DNA of 64,000 bases, taken from contig JBDTZG010000002.1 in assembly GCA_040005235.1 (NCBI GenBank), forward strand, positions 1 to 64,000, given 5' to 3'. Of the stretch, positions 30,051-39,672 are shown piece after piece. The position numbers and the translations under genes were made by a program. The notes beneath the pieces were generated by a model. The model was not told the DNA's origin. It ran no database searches and saw nothing but the letters and a program-made list of their open reading frames with translations. The number at the start of each line of letters is the position of its first letter. Position 1 is the first letter of the stretch. This DNA is from Acidobacteriota bacterium (GTDB lineage Bacteria; Acidobacteriota; Thermoanaerobaculia; Multivoradales; UBA5704).

Positions 30051-31340
30051 TCACCCCACCGGAGCCAACGTCACGCAGAGCACCCGGTCCCAAGCCGGCT
30101 CGACCTTGCTCACCCCCGCGAGCAGCCCGAGGCCGATGCCCGCCGCGCCTTCGAGAAATCCTTTGCTTGCGAGCCACTCCGGGCCGTCCTTGAAGCCGCC
30201 GAAGAACGACCGGTAGCCGGCGACCCCTTCGCCCGGCTGGCGCAGCTCCAACGACTGGGCGTACCAGTGCACCGCCGCCGCGCCGAGTTTCTCGTCTCCC
30301 GAAGCCTGGTACAGGCGGTTATAGAGATGGGCGATCCCCACCCCGCCGTGGCAGAGGCCGGCATCACGCGCGCCGGCCGTTTCGTCCGGATGGCCGGTGC
30401 AGTCGCGGGCGATCGAGAGCGCCGCCTCTTCCCAATCCTTCCGGTCGAGCGCCCGGGCCGCAGCGAGCAGGGCGGTGGCGATCCCGAGATCGCCGTAGCA
30501 CCAGGCGAGCCGGGAAGGGGCTAGCGTGTCGACCCCCGGGCTCACGGTATAGCCGAACCGGGAGCCTGTTCCCTGGGGAAGTTGGCTCGACAAAAGCCAC
30601 TCGACGGCGCCCTCGGCCAGCGGTCGCGCCTTTTCGATACCGACCGCCGCAGCGGCGGCGAGCACCGGAATCACCCCCGGCACGCCATGCGCGACGCCCA
30701 AGTTGTAGTAGCCGTTCGGGCTGGTCTCGCGCTGATGATCGGGGAGCTGCTCGGGCGGAGTGAACCAGGTGACATGGCCGTTGTCGCGCTTTTCGGCGAG
30801 GTCGTCGAAACGATGGACCGCCTGCTCCAGGACCTGCCGGGCGGAGGGGCGATCGATCCGCTCCAGAGCGTAGACGCCGAAACCGACCAGGCCGCCGATC
30901 AGGTCGTAGGTCTCGGTCCAAGGATGGGAGAGCAGGTCGGTGAGCGCGGTGTCGATCTCCTCGTTCGCGTCCTCCCCCTCTTCGCTCTCGTAAAGGCGCC
31001 CCTGGAGGTGCTCTGCCACCCAGGCAACGCCGGCAAATCCGCCGTACAGGCTCGCGCCCATCGGCTCGGTGGCGAGCGCCTCGACCGCCTCGTCGAGATG
31101 GCGCTCGGCTATTTCCGCGTACTCCTCGCTGCCGGTCGCTTCGGCGAGGTAGGTATACAACAGAGCATGCCCGGCGTTGCCGCCCGCGAGCCCCGGCGAT
31201 TCGCCGGTCCGGTCGCCGGGATACGGAGAGACCGCAGGGGCGTCGGGAAAGGCGGCGACGATCTCTTCGATCGACCGGTTGACCCGGTCCGCCAACTCGC
31301 CCGACAGGATCGGCCGCCAAGGGCCGGATGGGTTGCTCAT
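30051..31340 (-). CDS. LanC-like lanthionine synthetase C protein
   Basis: YDLIGG, NLGVAHGVPG, RLAWCYGDLG, GLCHG (Zn ligands Cys/Cys/His intact). Confidence 0.9.
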   Translation of the reverse strand: MSNPSGPWRPILSGELADRVNRSIEEIVAAFPDAPAVSPYPGDRTGESPGLAGGNAGHALLYTYLAEATGSEEYAEIAERHLDEAVEALATEPMGASLYGGFAGVAWVAEHLQGRLYESEEGEDANEEIDTALTDLLSHPWTETYDLIGGLVGFGVYALERIDRPSARQVLEQAVHRFDDLAEKRDNGHVTWFTPPEQLPDHQRETSPNGYYNLGVAHGVPGVIPVLAAAAAVGIEKARPLAEGAVEWLLSSQLPQGTGSRFGYTVSPGVDTLAPSRLAWCYGDLGIATALLAAARALDRKDWEEAALSIARDCTGHPDETAGARDAGLCHGGVGIAHLYNRLYQASGDEKLGAAAVHWYAQSLELRQPGEGVAGYRSFFGGFKDGPEWLASKGFLEGAAGIGLGLLAGVSKVEPAWDRVLCVTLAPVG

Positions 31341-34012
31341 TGCACACCTCCTTCGCGCTCGGCTCGCAAGGCTTCGAGATCGCGGCGCAGCTTGCCCGAC
31401 TCCTCTTCGAGCCGGCCGAGCCGTTCCGCGAGGTTGCCGGCGATTTCTAGGGATTCACGCAGTTTGATCGCAGACTTTCGCGCCCGCTCGCGCTGGCCAT
31501 AGCTCGGCGCGTTCGCCGCGGCACGGTCGAGGGCCCCGAGCGCCTGTTTGTCGCCCAAGTCGGCGAGGGCCGAATAGACCCGCGAATGCATTCGGTCGTC
31601 CGGGTCGTCCAGGTAGCCCAGAAGCAGGCGCAGCGCCTGGCCTTTTCGTTTCATGCCCAACGCGGAGTCGCCGGAGGTTTCGCCCGCCGTGCGTCCCAGC
31701 TCGGCGATCGCCGAGAAGGCGGCCCCCCGGCTCTCGGCCGGCGCGCCGTAGGCCGCGAGCCGGAGCGCCTGGTTCCAGGCGCGCGGATCGCCGAGCTTGG
31801 TGAGCGCGGCAAGGGCCGAGCCGCGAAGGACCTCTCTCGGACTCGGCCGGTCGAGCGCCGCGAGCAGGGCCGTTGCCGCCTCTCCCCGGTGATCTCCCGG
31901 ATCGACGAATTCGCCGAGGGCGCCGGCCGCCGCCGCGCGGACTTTCGCGCTCGGGTCGGAGGCGAGCAACACCGCGAGTTTGGGGATCAGCTCGGGATGA
32001 CTGGAAAACTTGCCGAGCGCCTCGGCCGCCGCGGCGCGGGCCTCGTTCTCCCGCTCGCGCCTCTCTCCCGCAATGGCGGCGACCAGCGGCGGAAGGGCCT
32101 CCTTCGTCGCCACATCGCCCAAGGCGGTGGCCGCCGCGGCGCGGAACGCCCGATGGCGGCCGGTGCTAAGCGTCTCGGAGAGCGCCCCGATCGCTTCGGT
32201 TCCACCGATTTTGGCCAAAGCGCGCACCGCTTCGAGCTTCGGAGCGAGCGAGGGGCTCCCCTTCAACTGGGCGATCCATTCGGGCGCCGGTTTGGTGAAA
32301 TCGACCGCGGCGAGCAGCCAGCCGTTCGGGTCGACCACCACCGTGTCCGGCTTCTCGGAGCGGGGGAGCACGAAATCCTGGGCTTTCTTGGCCTCGACGT
32401 TCAAGCGCTGGATCTCGACCCCGGCTGGGCCGACCCAGGCGATTTCGAGTGGAAAGGCGAACAGGCCGGTCTCCGCGGTGATCTCCTGGTTCTGTTCCAC
32501 GTGCAGCCGCGCGGTGTGGTCCTCGGCCGACCATTCCCAGCGGACCGCCAGCTCCGGATGCCCCGCGCCGTAGACCCAACCGTTGAACAGCGGGGCGAGG
32601 ACAAGGCCGGAGGTCTCTTCCAGCGTGCGCTCGAAATCTGCCGTGGTGACGTTCTGGACGGCGAACCGCTCGACGTAGCGGCGAATGCCGGCGTAGAACG
32701 CCTCATCGCCCATCTCGCCGCGCAGCATGTGGAGGACGAGGGCCCCCTTGCTGTAGGTGGTCGCATCGAACATCGCGCCGGGATCGACGAATTTGCCCGT
32801 CACGATCGGCCGCCGGTAGTCGCCCTCATCCTCGTCGAAGTACTCGGTGCGCGCCTCGTCAATCTCGGCATCCAACTCGTCGAGGCCCCGGTCGTGCCCA
32901 GAATAGAGCATACCGAAGTAGGAGGCGAAACCCTCGTTGAGCCAGATTTCCGACCAGTCGCGGCAGGTGAGCAGGTCGCCGAACCATTGGTGCGCCGCCT
33001 CGTGGGCGACCAGGCCGACGCTCGAAAAATCCTCGTCGTCCGCCGCATCGTGGAGCGTGCCGATCGTCTGGGTGGTCGCCGAGATGTTCTCCATCCCCCC
33101 GCCGAAATCGACCGCGGCGGTCTGCGCATACTTCGCGTAGGGGTAGGGCCGGCCGGTCACCGTCGAGAAGAAACCGATGATGTCGGGCGTCTTGCCGAAC
33201 GACACCTGCGCCTGTGCCTCGCGCCCCGGCGGCACGTAGTACTCGACCGGTATGTCGTGCCAGGCATCGGCGATCCGCACGAGCTCGCCCGCGACGATGC
33301 TGGTCAGATAGGTCGAGTGGGGAATGTCCATCTGCCAATGGAAGGTGCGCCGGCCGTCCGGGCGCGTGACGGTTTCGACCAAACGCCCGTTGCCCACCAC
33401 GGTCCAGCTCGCAGGAACGGTCGCCAGCATCTCGCTCGTCGCCCGGTCGCCCGGCTCGTCCCAGCTCGGAAACCAATAGCGGTTGTCGATCTCCTCCCCT
33501 TGAGACCAGATCTGCTTCGGCTTCTTCGGGTACCCGGCGTCCGGGCCGACGAAGCGAAGCCCCTCCGTGGGGTGCGCCGAATAGTCGATCGCGATCTCCA
33601 ACCGATCGCCCGGCCCGTACGCCTTGTCGAGCTTCAGGCGGATCGTCCCGGCCGCCGCGTCGGTGGACACCGCGAGATCCTCCGCCACCCCCGAGAGTCG
33701 CGCCCGCGAAACGTTCAGGCCCACGCCATGAAACGCCACCTCGGAAAGGCCCGAGCGCAAAGGCGCCAAAACCTCGGTCGCAGTACCCGAAACTTGCCTT
33801 TTTTCCCAGTCGAACGCCAGGTCGAGCTTCACGTGGATCAAATCGAACTGGCGAGCCGGCGCATAGCGGATCGGAGTGTCGGCGGGCGCAAACGGCTTGC
33901 GACCCGGAGCCGCGCCAACCGACCCCGCGCCGAGCCAACCCCCCGCAAAAGCGAGACCCAGAACGACCAGCGAACGGCGAAGTTCGAGCGAACAACGAGG
34001 GCAAGAAGGCAT
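31337..34012 (-). CDS. M1-family Zn aminopeptidase with C-terminal HEAT repeats
   Basis: GGMEN, HEAAHQWFG...WLNEGFA, YSKG; repeated RAAAAxALG; signal-like N-terminus. Confidence 0.9.
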   Translation of the reverse strand: MPSCPRCSLELRRSLVVLGLAFAGGWLGAGSVGAAPGRKPFAPADTPIRYAPARQFDLIHVKLDLAFDWEKRQVSGTATEVLAPLRSGLSEVAFHGVGLNVSRARLSGVAEDLAVSTDAAAGTIRLKLDKAYGPGDRLEIAIDYSAHPTEGLRFVGPDAGYPKKPKQIWSQGEEIDNRYWFPSWDEPGDRATSEMLATVPASWTVVGNGRLVETVTRPDGRRTFHWQMDIPHSTYLTSIVAGELVRIADAWHDIPVEYYVPPGREAQAQVSFGKTPDIIGFFSTVTGRPYPYAKYAQTAAVDFGGGMENISATTQTIGTLHDAADDEDFSSVGLVAHEAAHQWFGDLLTCRDWSEIWLNEGFASYFGMLYSGHDRGLDELDAEIDEARTEYFDEDEGDYRRPIVTGKFVDPGAMFDATTYSKGALVLHMLRGEMGDEAFYAGIRRYVERFAVQNVTTADFERTLEETSGLVLAPLFNGWVYGAGHPELAVRWEWSAEDHTARLHVEQNQEITAETGLFAFPLEIAWVGPAGVEIQRLNVEAKKAQDFVLPRSEKPDTVVVDPNGWLLAAVDFTKPAPEWIAQLKGSPSLAPKLEAVRALAKIGGTEAIGALSETLSTGRHRAFRAAAATALGDVATKEALPPLVAAIAGERRERENEARAAAAEALGKFSSHPELIPKLAVLLASDPSAKVRAAAAGALGEFVDPGDHRGEAATALLAALDRPSPREVLRGSALAALTKLGDPRAWNQALRLAAYGAPAESRGAAFSAIAELGRTAGETSGDSALGMKRKGQALRLLLGYLDDPDDRMHSRVYSALADLGDKQALGALDRAAANAPSYGQRERARKSAIKLRESLEIAGNLAERLGRLEEESGKLRRDLEALRAEREGGVQ

Positions 34013-34187
34013 GGCGTTTCTCCCGGGCGCAGAGCGGAGCGCGTATCTTAGCCCGGACTGCGGGCTTCGACTTGGGGTCCAAGGCCAAAACAACGGGCTC
34101 CCTGGGACCGCCGGCGTCTCGCCGGCGTTTTTCGCAGGCAGGGCCATCCGTTTGGCGCCGCGAGCCTCCGGAAGATAGCCTTCCCTC

Positions 34188-34697
34188 ATGGAACGCCCCC
34201 GCTACCGGATCGCCCTGGAGAAAGAAGACTTCAAATTCTCCGCCGCCCACTTCACCCTCTTCCCCGACCGAGATGCCGAGCTGCTCCACGGCCACAACTA
34301 CCGCGTCCGCGTCGAGCTCGCCGGCTCCCACCTCGACGACCTCGGCCTCCTGGTCGATCTCGACGCCGCCAAACGAAAAATCCGCGCCCTCTGCGCTGCC
34401 CTCGACAGCCGCATGCTTCTCCCCGAATCCGGAAGTCAACTCCAGGTCGAAACCCAAGAAGGAGGAGTCGAAGTCCGCTGGCGCGACCGCCGCTACGTCT
34501 TCCCGGTTGAGGACGTGCTGATCCTCCCGATGGTCAACATCTCCATCGAGCTGCTCGCCGAGTATTTGTGGCGGGCGCTGGCGGAGGAGTTTCGGAGCGG
34601 GGGAGTGGGAGCGGCGATCGGGGCGGTGGAGGAGCTGGAGGTGGGGGTTGAGGAGACCGCCGGGCAGAAGTGCGTGCGGTGGGGGCGGGTGGGGTGA
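34188..34697 (+). CDS. 6-pyruvoyl-tetrahydropterin synthase / QueD family
   Basis: FSAAHF, LHGHNY, SIELLAEY, VEET. Confidence 0.85.
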   Translation: MERPRYRIALEKEDFKFSAAHFTLFPDRDAELLHGHNYRVRVELAGSHLDDLGLLVDLDAAKRKIRALCAALDSRMLLPESGSQLQVETQEGGVEVRWRDRRYVFPVEDVLILPMVNISIELLAEYLWRALAEEFRSGGVGAAIGAVEELEVGVEETAGQKCVRWGRVG

Positions 34698-34764
34698 GTG
34701 AATGGGCGGCGAGGCGGCATAGAGCCTAAGAAGACGAAATCGGACCTTTGCATGCTGGAAAACG

Positions 34765-37700
34765 ATGAGTGAAACCGCACAAGCGCTGGAGCGGATGACT
34801 GACGAGGGCAAGTTTGAAGAGCTTGCGGGGGCCGTGTTGCGCTCCTGCAGCTACCCTGGCCTCAACGATACTGGAAGGAATTCGCAAGGGAAGACCATCA
34901 AGTCCCCCGTGGACGGCGTCTATCGAGTCCCGGGAAGCTACCCGTCTCACTACGTGATCGCTCATCACACTACGGTCAAACTGAAAGGCCTGCGCGGGAA
35001 ATGGCTGAACAAGGAAGCCGGGGATGTGGGCAAGGCGGCTCGATGGGCCGAGGACCGGCGGCGTCAGGAGCCCGGCACACGAGTCACCCTGGTCTTGACC
35101 TGCAACCGTAGGGTCTCGGAAGGCCTGATTGCGGAGGTGGGCCGAACCTGCTCGCAGGGAGGCCTCGAAGAGGATATCTGGAGTGTCCTTCGCCTTCAGG
35201 AGTTCCTCGATCGCGATCCGAGCGGCCAGCGAATCCGGGAAGACTGCCTCGGCGTTCATCAGGAGCGGCTAGATGAACATCTCCTGCGGGAACTGGGTGA
35301 GCGGAGTTGTGGGGCCTATGCTGAAAGGGAGCTGTTTGGGGCGTGCTTGGACGAGAGAGTTGCGCGAGCGCTCGACGCTGAGCTCTCGGATTTTGTGACG
35401 AGAGGGAGGAGTGGCTCGGTCACGTTTCTTGTCGGCAGTTCGGGCCACGGCAAGACCACTGCCGCACACAACCTGCTGCGTGGGCATTTGGCAGGCGGAG
35501 GACTTGGCCTTTGGTTTGAGCCGGACACCCTCCAACGATCGTCGTCAATCGAGGCGGCGATTGAGGACACGCTTCGGGGTCTCCGTCCGAAGATCGAGTC
35601 TGGCTGCGGATCGATTGCTATCGGTCTTGCGCGGAAGCACGGAGATTTGCTCCTCGTAGTCGACGACGTTAACAGGACCACGTCGCCTGCCGAGCTCATT
35701 CAGAAGGTGGCATCTTGGAATTGGCAGGGGGCTCCAGTCGGGAGAAGTGCGACGGCTTCCCAGGAGAACGCAGGGTACCAAGTCCTCTGCCCGGTCTGGC
35801 CCCAGGTGCTAGGGCAGATCACTGATCAAGCCGAGAGGACCATCCAGAGTCTCTGTTTCTATACCGGTCCGTTCTCCGCTGAGGAAGGACCCACTGCGCT
35901 CTTGCGTCGAGCGAAGAGGGCCGGTATGGAGCTGACAGCGCTGCAGGCAAGTGATCTTTCAACACGGCTCGGCCATGAGCCTCTACTTATTTCTTTTTGG
36001 AGTGAGGGTTCAACTGGGGAGAGCCCCGTTCCGGTTCCGTCCCAGGTGATCGACCGGTTCATTCAGAAGCGGCTGGCCGACCTCTCGAGATCTGATCCGG
36101 GGACGGGCCTGCCTGAGGAGTATGAAGAAACGCTGCTTCATCTCTCGGATCAATTGCTCGAGGAACACGTGTTCAATCCATCCTGGCCCCGTGTGAAGGC
36201 CTACTTTGAGAATCACCTCGGCAAGCTTACGCAGCTTCGGCGCCTGATAGACCACAAGGAAGTGATCCGCTTGGAACCTTCGGCACGCGAACGGCGGCTG
36301 GCTTTTCGCCACGACCGGGTTCGAGACCACCTTCTTGCGAAAGCCATCCATCGAAGAATGGCTGTAGGTGGGATACCTCCTGCCTTCCTCAGCGATCCCT
36401 ACTATGCCGAGGTCATCGGTCAAGCCCTGCTTCTCGGGGACCTTGATCCAAGTTGGGCCACTCGCATCGAGCAAGCCAATCCCCTGGCCCTGTTCTATGC
36501 CCTCCGAGTCTTCCAGCAGGCGAGCAGTCCAATGGAGAAAGCGGTTCTGGAAGCGATTCTTCGGTGGATCCAAGATGAGGTTGTGTCTGATCGCTGTGTA
36601 AAGCCGCTCCGGTGGAGCGTGGATCAAGTCCTTTCCGAAACGGATTCCCCTCATGTCGTCGAGCTGACAGAGCGATTCTCGTCGCAGTGGTTTGGTCTGT
36701 GGGAAGCGCGCATGAGAAATGGCGATGTAGAAGCCGCCTGTAAGTACTCCGAATGGCTGGGATTCCGCTTCCTGAGCTCCCGAATGACTCTGCTGGCTCG
36801 GCACGCAAAGGAAGTATTCGGTGATCAGTTCACAAGAGATTTGGCGGCTCTCCTGGAGAGACCCAATCTCTCCGCCGAGGTTCGTAGAGGAGCACTCTAC
36901 CTTGCTGGTTTGTTGGGAGACCCCGAGCTTGCCCCCGCAATCGTTCGTTGTTTGGAGGAGGGCTGGTACTCGGCAGATTTGGTCAGGGCGTTCCTCTGGG
37001 CCGGTTTGCGCTGTTGCAGCGATCCCGCGCCGGTCCTTGATCCGGTTCTAGATTTCTGGGGAACACTTTCAGATGAGGGGTTAGAGAACAATCTACCGTC
37101 CGATCGATCTGCTGTGATCGCTTATGGGGGGTTGACCGATGCCTTAGCCCGATTCGGAGCGAATGACCTCGCGATTCCGTACCTATTGGCTCGAGCCACT
37201 GAGCAGGGCGGGCCCCTTGAGTGGCCATTGTTCGTGATCCTTCGGCGGCTGGACCATCCTGATGCGCTCGAGTTCTGTCTCCGAGACAAGCGGGGTTGGG
37301 ATCTCTCGCAATATTGGAACTCCGGATCCATGACGCGGGCCGCCGCTATCGTAAGGTCCAGAGACAGGCTACGTCACATCTGGGAAGATGAGATCGAAGA
37401 CACGGAGGCTAGGTCACGCGCATTTGCTTTGTGGAGCCTGGGAAGCAGCGAGGGAGAGATCGCGGTGCTTCGTGCCATTGGCCGCGACTCGCCGCTGCAC
37501 AGCCAAGCCCTTCGTATGCGAATAGAGCTGGGAGATCGGAGTTGCGCTCCGGAGATCCTCTGGAGGCTCAAGACCGAGGAGCACTCGTGGACTTGGTGGT
37601 TCCATTGCGAGCGAATTTGGTCGAGGCCGCTCCGAGAGGCCCTGGAGGGGCACTTCGAGCGTCGGGCCAATCAGATGGAAAGGGCAAGTGCGTGGCAGTC

Positions 37701-38439
37701 CTTCAATGAGGACTGGCAGATATCTGAACTCCTTGGCAGGATCTCACCTTTGGAAGCGGAAGAGATACTGACCCGACATTGGTCCCATCTGCGCTATTCG
37801 CCTGAGTTTGTTCAGACAGCCCTGTCCTTGGGGTCCTCCCGGGCGATCACCCTAGCTTTGGAGGCGGTACGCGAATGCCCCGAACCGAAGAAGATCTTTG
37901 AATTCATAAACCAAGGAGAGTTTGCTCGTAGGCTGGAGGAGGATGGGACGTCCCCTGAGCTTTCTTCGCGGCGTCTTGAGTGCCTTGGCCCGTATATTCA
38001 GTTGTTCGATGAGCAAGCGATCGACTGGCTTTGGCATGTCTGCAATCGCAAGAGGTTATTCTCATGGCGTCGTAAACACGTTGACGACTTGCTTTCCGAA
38101 AATTTCCGCCAGCGCGCCGGCCTATCAGAAAGAGATCTAGTTGCCGAGCTAGACAACTTCGTCATAAAGGCAAAATCAAGGGGCTTCCTGCGCCTCTGGA
38201 TAGACGGCTTCCGGCAGAGAGGCGATCCGGACACGAAAGCCATGAGGATCGTATCTTCGTGGCTCCGAGAAAGGGGAACGTTCGAAGCGCTGCAAGTTGC
38301 AGCGGAGTGCGTGGCACTGGGCGGGTCTCGCGACGACTTGGCTCTGCTGGAGGGTGCAGGCTTTTCCGCCCAGGAGCCTCGAGTTGCCACTTTGCTAGCG
38401 GCGACCCGTTTCCGGGTTTTCCGGCGCTCGCTTTCCTGA
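34765..38439 (+). CDS. Large STAND/NACHT-like NTPase with N-terminal restriction-endonuclease-like domain (putative defence protein)
   Basis: FEELAGAVLR...PVDG N-terminus; Walker A GSSGHGKT; Walker B LLLVVDD; FRHDRVRDHLLA; long helical C-terminus. Confidence 0.7.
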   Translation: MSETAQALERMTDEGKFEELAGAVLRSCSYPGLNDTGRNSQGKTIKSPVDGVYRVPGSYPSHYVIAHHTTVKLKGLRGKWLNKEAGDVGKAARWAEDRRRQEPGTRVTLVLTCNRRVSEGLIAEVGRTCSQGGLEEDIWSVLRLQEFLDRDPSGQRIREDCLGVHQERLDEHLLRELGERSCGAYAERELFGACLDERVARALDAELSDFVTRGRSGSVTFLVGSSGHGKTTAAHNLLRGHLAGGGLGLWFEPDTLQRSSSIEAAIEDTLRGLRPKIESGCGSIAIGLARKHGDLLLVVDDVNRTTSPAELIQKVASWNWQGAPVGRSATASQENAGYQVLCPVWPQVLGQITDQAERTIQSLCFYTGPFSAEEGPTALLRRAKRAGMELTALQASDLSTRLGHEPLLISFWSEGSTGESPVPVPSQVIDRFIQKRLADLSRSDPGTGLPEEYEETLLHLSDQLLEEHVFNPSWPRVKAYFENHLGKLTQLRRLIDHKEVIRLEPSARERRLAFRHDRVRDHLLAKAIHRRMAVGGIPPAFLSDPYYAEVIGQALLLGDLDPSWATRIEQANPLALFYALRVFQQASSPMEKAVLEAILRWIQDEVVSDRCVKPLRWSVDQVLSETDSPHVVELTERFSSQWFGLWEARMRNGDVEAACKYSEWLGFRFLSSRMTLLARHAKEVFGDQFTRDLAALLERPNLSAEVRRGALYLAGLLGDPELAPAIVRCLEEGWYSADLVRAFLWAGLRCCSDPAPVLDPVLDFWGTLSDEGLENNLPSDRSAVIAYGGLTDALARFGANDLAIPYLLARATEQGGPLEWPLFVILRRLDHPDALEFCLRDKRGWDLSQYWNSGSMTRAAAIVRSRDRLRHIWEDEIEDTEARSRAFALWSLGSSEGEIAVLRAIGRDSPLHSQALRMRIELGDRSCAPEILWRLKTEEHSWTWWFHCERIWSRPLREALEGHFERRANQMERASAWQSFNEDWQISELLGRISPLEAEEILTRHWSHLRYSPEFVQTALSLGSSRAITLALEAVRECPEPKKIFEFINQGEFARRLEEDGTSPELSSRRLECLGPYIQLFDEQAIDWLWHVCNRKRLFSWRRKHVDDLLSENFRQRAGLSERDLVAELDNFVIKAKSRGFLRLWIDGFRQRGDPDTKAMRIVSSWLRERGTFEALQVAAECVALGGSRDDLALLEGAGFSAQEPRVATLLAATRFRVFRRSLS

Positions 38440-38566
38440 CTAAAGGCCCTAGCCTGGTCATCCGCTTTTTAGGCAAATGGGCCAGTTGTCCTTTCGAGGC
38501 TCGGTTAGGATTCTGCGCAGGCGTGGGTGTGGATGATCGGTAAGGAGCGCTATAAGGTAGAACGCT

Positions 38567-38863
38567 ATGTCCAACACATCTCCTAAGCGCGTAGCCATCA
38601 AACTGCCCACTCCGGAAGAGGATGCCGCCATCGTGGCTGCCGCCAAGGCGGATCCGGATGCGCAGCCTCTGACGGACGAACAGCTCGAGGCCATGGTGCC
38701 GCTGCGGGCGGTACGCGGCCGGCCGAAATCGGCGAGCAAGAAGCAGTTGCTCTCGGTGCGCTACAGCCCGGAGGTCATTGAGTTCTTCAAGGCGACGAGC
38801 GACGGCTGGCAGGCCCGAATGGACGGGGTGTTGCGGGAGTACGTGGCGCGGCACTCCCGGTGA
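38567..38863 (+). CDS. BrnA-family antitoxin (orphan)
   Basis: DPDAQPLT, RGRPK, SVRYSPEVIEFFKA...GWQARMDGVLR. Confidence 0.85.
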   Translation: MSNTSPKRVAIKLPTPEEDAAIVAAAKADPDAQPLTDEQLEAMVPLRAVRGRPKSASKKQLLSVRYSPEVIEFFKATSDGWQARMDGVLREYVARHSR

Positions 38864-38890
38864 GACGCGTACGAGGTATTGAGAAACCAG

Positions 38891-39121
38891 TCAGTCACGT
38901 GGTTCGGCTACATCCCCGTACAAGTAGTCCTCAAGGTTGGCAGACCAATCTGGCGGACCGTCTAGATCGAGCGCCCTTGCGGTACGGAGAAAGGAGGATG
39001 CGACCGGGGCAGGCCCCGCCGCCGACGACTCGAGTGTCAGGCGCACCCGGGTATTCGGGGCGAGGTCGAGCGGTGTTTCCGGGCGCAATACCGTGCCGTC
39101 GAAAAAGGCGGTAATTGTCAT
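38891..39121 (-). CDS. AF2212/DUF104-like antitoxin
   Basis: ITAFFDGTVLRPETPLDL...RVRL...DWSANLEDYLYG. Confidence 0.7.
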   Translation of the reverse strand: MTITAFFDGTVLRPETPLDLAPNTRVRLTLESSAAGPAPVASSFLRTARALDLDGPPDWSANLEDYLYGDVAEPRD

Positions 39122-39279
39122 TCGTTTTCGCTCCAGCGTACCCTGGCGGTCTGGCGCTTCCGGGCTTCCACGGACAACCAGGTCGCTAGAATAGAATAGC
39201 AGCGGACGCCACCCCGCCTTGGCGCCATTAACCGAGGCGCTCGGGGGTTCAACCGCCCGGCCAGGGAGCGCAAACGGCT

Positions 39280-39531
39280 CCCGAATTCGAATTCGGGACT
39301 CCCGAAATGGAATTCGGGAGTTAGAAAATGGAATTCGGGACCCCCGAATTCGATATCGGGGACGCGGAAATGGAATTCGGGACCCCCGAAATGGAAATCG
39401 GGAACCCCGAAATGGAATTCGGCAGTCCCGAAATGGATTTTGCGAGTCCCGAAATGGATCTCGGGAGTGCCGAATTCGAATTCGGCGGCCAGAAAATCGA
39501 ATTCGGGAGCCCGGAAATGGAATTCGGGAGC
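39280..39531. repeat. 12 x 21-bp quasi-palindromic tandem repeat (CCCGAAATGGAATTCGGGANN)
   Basis: Contiguous units with no spacers; the first unit contains the perfect palindrome CCCGAATTCGAATTCGGG. Confidence 0.9.
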
Positions 39532-39672
39532 CGATCGCGGGCTCGTCCGGGCCGCGTCGACGGTGCTCCTTTGCGGTAAGCTCCCCCCACTTCCAAGGCG
39601 CAGGTCGCGCCTGATTCCCCTTACGATCCGCTCATCCTTACGCCGAACCGGCTGATTTCCGGAGCGCACGCC

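Noticed and set aside
34188-34697. QueD-like gene as part of a 7-deazaguanine (dpd) DNA-modification system with the adjacent STAND gene
   Set aside because: No folE, queC, queE or dpdA nearby; host-like composition, so probably housekeeping.
39280-39531. CRISPR array (also considered for 1-130 and 55886-56095)
   Set aside because: Units are contiguous with no unique spacers, and there are no cas genes.
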